Below the pieces are notes generated by a model. The model made no database searches. It was not told the DNA's origin and saw nothing but the letters and a program-made list of their open reading frames with translations. Below are positions 51,501 to 60,156 of a stretch of 64,000 bases of DNA, in pieces; position 1 is the first letter of the stretch, and every line of letters begins with the position of its first letter. A program made the translations under genes and the position numbers. The stretch lies in the NCBI RefSeq assembly GCF_000143415.4, contig NW_003314266.1, positions 704,463-768,462 of the forward strand, written 5' to 3'. Origin of the DNA: Selaginella moellendorffii (lineage: Eukaryota; Plantae; Lycopodiophyta).

Positions 51501-54500
51501 GCAGCCTTTTTGTGCTTACTCTCGGTGAAGAGTGACAAAAAGATAAGAACGGAAGAAGTACCTTTAGTGATCCAGCAGGTGCTGGACCAATTCCAGGATA
51601 CGATGCCGGAGGAGCTACCGGCGGGGTTGCCCCCCGCACGACCGATAGAACATAAGATTGAGCTGGTCGAGGGTGCTGAGGCAGTGGTTCGTCCACCCTA
51701 TCGATTGAACGAAAAAGAACTCAAGGAGCTCAAGAGCCAACTAGAGGAGTTGGTGGACAAAGGGTATGTTAGGCTGAGCAAGTCGCCGTATGGGGCGCCG
51801 GTGCTATTTGTGAAAAAGAAAGATGGATCTATGCGCATGTGCATAGACTACCGGTTGCTCAACAAGTATACCAAGAAGAACAAGTACCCTTTGCCAAGGA
51901 TCAAGGACCTATTCGATAGGTTGGGAAAGGCAAAATACTTCTCGAGGATTGACCTAAGGTCAGGATACTACCAGATCAGGGTAGCTGAGGAAGATGTCGA
52001 GAAGACAACCTGTCGAACGAGGTATGGGAGCTTTGAGTTTCTGGTGATGCCCTTTGGGCTGTGCAATGCGTCGGCAACGTTTTCGGCGTTGATGAACCAC
52101 ATCTTTGTACCCTATCTGGATCGCTTCATGGTCGTCTATATTGACGACATCCTGATCTATAGCGAGACGCTAGAGGAGCATGCCGAACACTTGGCGAAGG
52201 TGTTTGAGAAACTAAGGGAACACAAACTGTATGCTAAAGAGAGCAAATGTGACTTTGCTCAACAAGAGGTAAAGTTTCTCGGGCATGTGGTGGGCCAGGA
52301 CGGGCTCAAGGTGGACCCGGAGAAGGTCCAAGCGATCCAGGAATGGGAACGACCATCGAATGTACATGAGTTGAGGGCGTTCCTGGGGCTATGCAACTAC
52401 TATCGAAAGTTTATAAGACACTATTCGAGAGTAGCCCTGCCCTTAACGGACCAAACAGGAAAAGGGAAGATGGTATGGACAGCGGAATGCGAGGTGGCAT
52501 TCGTCCACCTCAAAGGGAAGTTGAGGAAGGCTCCGGTGTTGGCATTACCAGACTTTGGTAAGGACTTTGAGGTAGACACGGATGCTTCGGACTTTGCGTT
52601 GGGCGCAGTTTTGAAGCAAGACAACCATCCAGTAGCGTTCTTCTTGAAGAAGCTGGACAAGGCTCAACGGAAGTGGCCTGCCCACGAGAAGGAATTGTTT
52701 GCGGTGGTCAAGGCGCTCAAGGAGTGGCGACACTACCTTGGGAGACACTTCAAGGTTTACACGGACAATGTGGCAACGAAACACTTCTTGTCACAGCCCG
52801 ACCTAAGGGGAAAACAAGGTCGGTGGGCCAATGCTTTGGCCGAGTTTGATTGCGAGATCCTGTACAAGCCTGGGAAGAGCAACATCATGGCAGATGCGCT
52901 AAGTCGAAAAGCGAGCTTGAAGTTGGCGATATCTAGCGCGACAGCAACCTTTTGGGACGATGTGTGGACCGCATACGAGAGTGATGGTCTAGCACAAGAA
53001 GTGTTGCTGAGGAATCTGGAGGCGCGGGAAGCTCACCAGAGAGGTGAGCTGCCAACGGAAGAGAAAACGGGCTATGCGGAACGCAACGGACTCATATATT
53101 ACAAGCAAACGCGGGTGTATATTCCAGAAGGGGAACTAAGGAAGGTAGCCTTGGAAGAGTGTCATGACGGACCTCTCGCGGGACACGACGGAGTGCCCAA
53201 GACGATGGGCTTACTCAAAAGGAAGTATCACTGGCCAGATATGGCTAAGGACGTCCAAGACTATGTAAAGACATGTCCAACATGTCAGCAGGTCAAAGCC
53301 GTGACGAAGGCTAGTGGGGGCTTGTTGCAAAGCATCCCCATTCCAGATCGTCCGTGGAAATGTCTCACGATGGACTTCATCACGGGACTACCCCCAAGCG
53401 AGGGGTTCGATGCGATATTCGTGGTGGTGGACCGATTTTCAAAGATGGCACATTTCATACCCACCACAACGGATGTGGATGCGGAAGGTGTGGCGAAGCT
53501 GTTCTTCGAACAAGTGGTTCGAGTGTGGGGAAGGCCGGAAGAGATTATCTCAGATCGAGATAAGATCTTCACCAGTAGGTTCTGGAGGACACTCCTAGAA
53601 CAGTATCGCACCAAGTTGAAATTTAGCACGGCCTATCACCCACAGACAGGTAATGGGTATTGAGTCAAGATTGATAGCACTAACACTTCTTGACAGACGG
53701 ACAAACGGAAAGGGTGAATAGGCAGCTGGAGGATTATTTGCGATGCTATGTCTCGGGAGACCAGACCGACTGGGTAAGTCATTTGGGACTTGCGGAAATG
53801 TGTTATAACAACTCACCACATTCGAGCATCGGGGTGAGTCCATGGGAAGTCATCAATGGGCGAGCTATTGAAGGTCCTGTGGAACTCGGCGTGGCCGAGT
53901 ATCATGGAGAGTTACCCGCAGTGAAGGCATTCACGGCGGAAAGACTCAACATTTGGAATCTAGTAAGGGATTCCTTGGAACGGGCTCAACAAAGGCAAAC
54001 TAAGTACGCGAACCAAAAGCGCCGGGATGTGGAGTTCCAAGCTGGGGAGAAGGTGTGGCTGAACACCAAAAACCTCAAGCTACCAAGTGGGATCAGCCGG
54101 AAGTTGACCCAAAGGTAAAAATGCATGTATTCCTATAAATGAATTGATCTTGAGTTCCTTAAGCAGGTTCGTGGGGCCTTACGAGATTGAGGCTCGAATC
54201 GGTAAAGTGGCTTACCGTCTCCGACTTCCTCGAGAGATGGGGAAGATGCATCCCGTGTTCCACATGAACTTACTCAAGCCGTATTTTGAGGATCTGCTTC
54301 GCAAGGACCAAGTAAGACCTTTACCTGAGGTTATCCAAGGGGAGGAGGAATACGAAGTCGAGGCCATCCTCAATGCGCGCAAGAGCAAGCGACAAGGACG
54401 CGAGGTGAGAGAGTTCCATGTGAAGTGGAAAGGATTTCCACAATGCGAAGCAACATGGGAACCAGAGGAGAACCTAGCGAACGCGCGAGATCTAGTGGAG

Positions 54501-56098
54501 GAATTTCTGCATGGCAGAACTCTATGTACTTATGCAAAGTTCAATTAAAAGTATCAATTTGAGAAGTTGAGCAATAGCATATGTTGGGACCCGAAGGCGC
54601 GTCGAAGGTAAGCTAATTAGCATGGGTTAGCTAGGTCGACCAGGCGTAGGGAGCTACGCCCGATTCCCTGTGGGGATGTCGAATCCGTAGACGTATTCTA
54701 CGGAGGTTGGGTTCGAGTCCCAACCCCCTAGTAAAGCAAGGCTGGGTTCAAGTCCCGACCCTATACTAGGGCGTGGTGAGGTGAGGAGTATAGGGACACC
54801 TATATTCCGTTGTCATGGGCTCTTGGCCGGGGAGGCTAACTTAGGCACACCGCTAAGTGGGGGGATGCCCCCGGAGACATGGTCAACAAGTCGTAGGATA
54901 AAACGAGACGTTCGATGTGGGCATCGAACTTCTTCTATGGGTGGTGGAGTTGTAAGGAACCAACTCGCCGAGGTGTCGTAGGCTAAAGGAACCCCGAAAG
55001 CATGACCAAAATGACAAAGAGCTCATCGGATGAGACCAAGTCGAAGATCGAGTCCAAGACCGACTCTAGGACCGAGTTCGAGATCGAGTCCGGAATCGAG
55101 TCCGAGACCGACTCGGGGACTGAGTTCGAGTCCGAGTTCGAGACCGAGTTCGAGACGGAGTCCGAGATCCGAAATCGGGTCCGAGACCGAGTCCGAGGTC
55201 GAGTCCGAAGTCGGGTCCGAGATCGGGTCCGAGATCGAGTCCGAGATCGAGTCCGAAACCGAATCCGAAGTCGGATCTGAAATCGGGCCCGAGATCGAGC
55301 CAGAGACTAAGTCCAAATACTAATACGGGTCAAGGGGTGAAAGCCCAAAGCGTGCGTCTCCCAGGGGGGGGGGGCTGCAGGGGGTTCCAAAAGTATAGTA
55401 GGGATAGTGAGGTCCAGGAACCAATTTTGAAGGGACTCTCCAGTTGGGCTTCCAAACCGACTTGAGGTTGAGACTGGGACCGAGGGGCCTTGGGTGGGAG
55501 TGAGCATGGACTTGGCTGGTGCCGGAGGGGCCATCCAAGGAAGTGCTCAAGAGCAGCTCCCACTCCCGAAAGGGAAACCGATTGCGGTGCTCCCGGCTCA
55601 TGTGGAGTGGTGCCCCACTTGAGTACCATGCGGCTCATTGGTCCTCGCCCTCCCTAGGGGCTTGGGCCTTCCTTCGGGATGGAAGTGGGGGGCGAGAGGT
55701 ACCCATACCGGGCCGCTAGGCCACGGTGTTTCACCCCGGCATCCCGAAGCAAGTGTTGCACTCAAGACTTGGGATTTAGAGGGTCCCATGATCAAGTCTT
55801 GTGGTACCAAGGGATGTTAGGAACCTGGAAGCTTGGTGTGCTTGGCTGCTTGTGCTTGCGGGGAGTGTAGCCGAACCTTAAGTCCAGTCTAACCCGGGGA
55901 GAGGGATTGGGAGTGATTTGGGAATCCGTGGAAGGATGGCTAACACTCCGTTGCTCGTGCAGTGAGTAGCTGAAACCAAGTAGGAGCTGGTACCATAGGC
56001 GAGAACCTTGGCGAGGGAACTTAGCAAAAGCCAAGGCAGTGTTGGACGGATAGACGAGGTAAGCTGGCAAATTGGAAAGGAAAAATTTGTGGCTTACA
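48569..56098 (+). mobile_element. Full-length young chromovirus (Ty3/Gypsy), element C
   Basis: 1148-bp LTRs 48569-49716 and 54951-56098 differ by about a dozen transitions. TSD ACAAA (48564-48568, 56099-56103). PBS TGGTATCAGAGC at 49720-49731; PPT at ~54937-54950. Confidence 0.97.
49776..54548 (+). CDS. gag-pol polyprotein (gag, CCHC, PR, RT, RNase H, INT, chromodomain); in-frame TAG at 51414 and two putative introns in INT
   Basis: [101 protein letters not shown]...TWEPEENL. Confidence 0.93.
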
Positions 56099-58074
56099 AC
56101 AAACTCCATTGAAGAGGTGACTTCAATGAAGCATATAATTACAGTTGCCAAAGAAAAACAGTATCTTCTCTGCGAACCTGGTGAGTACGCACTTTAAGTT
56201 TAAATGTTATCTCACAAGCTCTGTATGCAGGAGCGTGGCCACCCCCAGATGCTGAAACGGCGTTAACAGCTACTGTTGGGCCGAGCTCACAACCTGCACA
56301 AGGTAAGGTCACGTGAGGCCTCATGCCATTTTGATTATAGATCGTTGTGAATATTTAGACACGAGGACTGAAAAGCGCACTGGTGGCGCGTCGAAGAAGG
56401 ACAAACAGACAAGCAATAGGAAAAAAGGAGGTACAAATTATATTTGCAATGGCGTGTGGTCTCATGCCATTCCTTGCAGGAGACACTTCTTCAAAGGCAA
56501 AACAGGCAAGCACCAGCCAAGCTCAAACTGACAGTGGTCATAAAAAGCGAAAGCACGTTGGACAGTCGTCGGGATCAGAGGCGTTTGATTCGAAAAGGAA
56601 GAAGGGCAACGAAAAGATGATAGGTAATGCCTCGCGGTCACCACCTCCTGACTCAGATTCCTATGGCGGACTCCCCTTCCCCAATCTCAATGGAGAGGTA
56701 CAATGGATGAGGGATGTTTTTCAAGTCAGGGCCACGTTTTTCTCATCTCGTCGTCTTCGAAGGGTGCAAGAACGTGCAGAAACCATGTTAAGACAGTCGG
56801 GTGAGGATACGGTCCTAGATCACGCACTAAAATAGGCTATGGATGTCTTGTATTTTGAGATGGAGACTCGACTAGATGATTTTCCCAAGATGGCCCTGGA
56901 AGAACAAGCCATCCAGCCTGAGCAGCCTATGGAAGAAATGCAAGAGGGGGATGAGGAGCCAGAGAAAGATAATGAGCAGGAAGAGCAGAAGGACGAAGAG
57001 GAGGACAAAGAAGAGGAGGACGAAGAAGAGGAGGACGAAGAGGACTTGGATGGTCCTCACAATGGTGACAATCACAATAACGATGACGACGATGATGACG
57101 ACGATGGCCAGCCTGAGGTGGCCAAAGAGCAGCGGAGGAAGGTCATACAAGACAAACCATCAGGTAAATAATAGTACATCCATTCCTAACCTTTTACCAT
57201 TTCTAACATTGTCCATGTAGGTTGCAAAGCAAATGGTAAGTAGAGATTATTCAGTTGAATTAAGATACAAACTCTAGCCTTTAGTGTCGAGGAAGGATAG
57301 TGCCAAGCAAGGGTCAAAACGTATGTCCAATCCTTCAGAATCAGCAGTGCGCCCAAGTGATATCGGTCCTAGTTCCTCAATAGCAATTGATGGTAAATAC
57401 AGTATAGTCGATTCAATGTGCTAATGAGTTTGTTTTTAGTAGCCAGTAGGGAGGATACCATCTCAATCGAAGGGAGATATTTGGACATGCATATGGATCC
57501 GCCAGTGGACTCTACTTGCCTGCAAGAGTCATCAGAGCTGGTGGAGGCTACTATCCATATCAACGCCAAGCAAGTTGACCACGCTCCACTTGATGCTGCC
57601 CATACCACTGAGTCAATCTTGTCCACGTATCCAACTGACGGTGACCAGGCACCATTGGACCCGCATGAGGCCGCCCCAGCCGCCGAGCCGGTCGTATCCT
57701 CATTTCCAACGGACTCAACGTGTGCCCAATCGTCTAACTACGTGCCGTTGGAACCTCCCTACACCGCCCCTGCTGCCTATTCGGTCATGTCCACTTTGCC
57801 AACGGAGGCACCAGCTGAAATGGCGTGTGATCACACGCTATCGAAACCACCCCATGCCACTGTTGAGCCAGTTGTACCAGAGTCTACAGCTGAAATGGCA
57901 TGTGCCCACACGCCATCGGATGCGATTGACCCCACATTGCAAAGGAGAGTATTTCCGCCCTTCACGTTTCCTCGACCAAAACCCTCTGAACGACCATCGG
58001 GAGCACCATTCGCTAATATTGTAGATGGTAAAATTGACTTGTACCATTTTTTATGCTGACGCATTTCATTTCAG

Positions 58075-58937
58075 AGTCACGGCAAAAGTACTGTATCGGT
58101 TTTGATCTGAACGGTGTCCTTTTCTCCCATGAGCGTGGCTCGTCCTTGAATGTCACTACACCCTCCAAAGCCTGCGGTCGCAAGTTGGTCAAAAGAGACA
58201 GATTCACATTAATCACACGGGAGAAACTGCGGGATCTAATAATGACCATGCGACACTTAAAACAGAGGGCCAGGTTCAATTTGCAATTGAGAGTTTGGAC
58301 ATCCATGATGCGCCACAATGCATTAATGTTGCTACAGATGATGCACGATCAGACGCGAGTAATATTACCATTTGACTTTCTCCTAACGCAGGAGGATTGC
58401 TTGACTATGGTCCATGTGAGGGGTAGCAAGCCCATTTTCGTCAAGCCAGAGGCTGTAGTGATGAACCGGACTGCTAGGTCAAGTGAAATCCTCATCATCG
58501 ATGACTCGCCGATTAAAACTGCAGCGAACACGCACACATATGCAGTGCACCCCATCTCTTGCAGTATGGAAACTAGGGAGAAGAAACTGTATATTCTGGG
58601 GGACCTTGCAAAATGGCTTGGAGCGATGGTGATAGAGAACCAGCCAGTCCAGGAGGTGGCTGCAGAAATCAACCAAATGGCAGATGGAACGGTATATCAG
58701 AAGCCATTTGATCGGACAGACACCAGTCATCATTTATGGCATGTATATTGTCTAGCCAAGCACTATCCGCATCTCCATAATCTGCTCAACTGGATGGGTT
58801 CTTCGACCACTGAACATGAGCGTGGACGTATTAGAGAAGAGATGGCATTACTATTGGGTTTAAATCCTGATAGTGTGGAGAGTGATGAAATTCCAAGATT
58901 ATTGTATAGGCGTTGGAGGCAAAAAATAACAGTCTGA
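58075..58937 (+). CDS. FCP1/NIF-like HAD-superfamily phosphatase domain (last exon of the cargo gene)
   Basis: CIGFDLNGVL (motif I, DxN variant), LRVWTSMMRHNA, TQEDC, KPIFVK, ILIIDDSPIKTAAN...AVHP. Confidence 0.8.
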
Positions 58938-59383
58938 GATGGCATGTATTTATTTAAAAATGTAACTTATTATGGCATGGGGTTCCATGCCATTGTATTA
59001 ATATTAAAAGACAATTCTTTGAGAGGATTTGCATTATACTAGAAGTGTTACAGCATGTTATTGGAAGTCTACGAAGTTGTTTTATTAATAAGGGGAAAGT
59101 AAAGATTGAATGGGGACTTGGGCTCCACCTAGACTTGGAGCAACTAAGCCAATATTAAAAGGATGGAAAGAAATTGGATGACAATGACAAGGAGAAGAGA
59201 GAGGTGAAGCAGTGGCAGGGGGAGGAGAAGTGATTGAGTAGACATTTCCTTGTTTAAAATAAAATGGCATGTGCCTCAATGCAGTTGAATTTTGTTATAT
59301 TTATATACTATATAAAGGTTTGGAAACCTTATTTTACAAGTGGGATAATGACAATTCCCACTTTAACGAAATAGAGCTTTTTG

Positions 59384-60156
59384 ACTGACTCTAAAAGCAC
59401 AATACTGTGCATGATTGTGTCCATGGGAACTCCTGGGAGTTGGCTGTAGTCCCAAGCAAACACGTCCTTGAAACAGTGAAGGAGATCCAAGAGCTTTGCT
59501 GCGTTTGTTGAAGCAAGCGATGTGGCGATAAGGACCGGGTCCTTGTCATCACCTAGAAAAATGGCATGAACTCTGGAGTCTGGAAAAACCTTGGGCTCAG
59601 GGGGCTCTATCTTTGATTCCTCCATGACTCTAGAAACCGAAGAGCAGGGAGTGCCTTTAACTTCTCGCATCATGGTGATTGCATGGTGAGATAACCTATC
59701 TGCCCAAAAGTTTTCTTCACGGGGGACACTTTGAAAAGACACCTCAAAGAACTCATCCTTCAGGTTGACCACCCGCTGCCATAGCTCTTTCAGGTTCGCT
59801 TTGCGGATTTGGTATTCTCCAGTAAGTTGGCATATGATGAGTTGCGCATCTCCAACGAAAGTGACTCGCCTAAACTTGAGATCTGTGGCCAGCTTCATGG
59901 CACTGATGACTGCCAAGTGCTTTGCTTCATTAGCTGATGTTGCTGGCAAAGTGATAGAGAGGTCAGCTACTTTGTTCTCTGCAGAATCAATCATCCAAAC
60001 TCCAATGTCGGCAACCTGGTTTTTGGGGCAGAAAGCACCGTCAAAATAAGCTGTAATCATAGGAGTGGCCTCTTCGTCAAATAAAGATGTTGGGGACACC
60101 ACATCCGGCAAGACCGTCTCTGGTAAGTCTGGTAAGAACGTTGTTGTTGGATCCAA
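59384..60156 (-). CDS. Additional (archaeal-type) RNase H domain upstream of RT in the Tat-like element
   Basis: AYFDGA, SANEAKHLA, VGDAQLII.Q..GEY, VPREENFWADRLS, followed by DVFAWDYSQLPGV (Tat-type RT leader). Confidence 0.85.

Larger units (their letters stand above)
45847..58937 (+). pseudogene. Spliced transposon cargo gene, ~1,635 codons: ParB/Srx-like, degenerate N6/N4-MTase-like, acidic/Pro-rich linker, FCP1(NIF)/HAD phosphatase-like; disrupted by an LTR insertion and two stops
   Basis: Exons 45847-45849, 46089-47267, 47322-48568+56104-56180, 56231-56302, 56359-56430, 56480-57163, 57221-57235, 57285-57392, 57440-58027, 58075-58937. All introns are GT-AG and the frame is continuous (4908 nt). 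Stops are TGA at 48462 and TAG at 56833. Domain calls are by motif recognition only. Confidence 0.7.
38642..59285. repeat. Dispersed 22-bp palindromic repeat ATGGCRTGWGGCCWCAYGCCAT, more than 20 copies, confined to the DNA transposon
   Basis: Copies start near 38958, 39047, 39647, 39807, 39953, 41295, 41352, 43188, 43258, 43294, 43464, 43562, 44219, 45070, 45875, 45952, 46012, 47289, 56308, 56449, 57820, 57895 and 58972, plus weaker ones. Confidence 0.92.
38416..59379 (-). mobile_element. Large TIR DNA transposon, Sola-like (~13.4 kb excluding the nested LTR element), carrying a cargo gene
   Basis: 24-bp perfect TIRs AAGCTCTATTTCGTTAAAGTGGGA (38416-38439; reverse complement 59356-59379). 4-bp TSD TTTG (38412-38415, 59380-59383). 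Excision restores the host pol frame LESVKPVRQ. Confidence 0.93.

Noticed and set aside
38642-59285. Palindromic repeats as a CRISPR array
   Set aside because: Irregular spacing (tens to thousands of bp), degenerate units, eukaryotic context and no cas genes.
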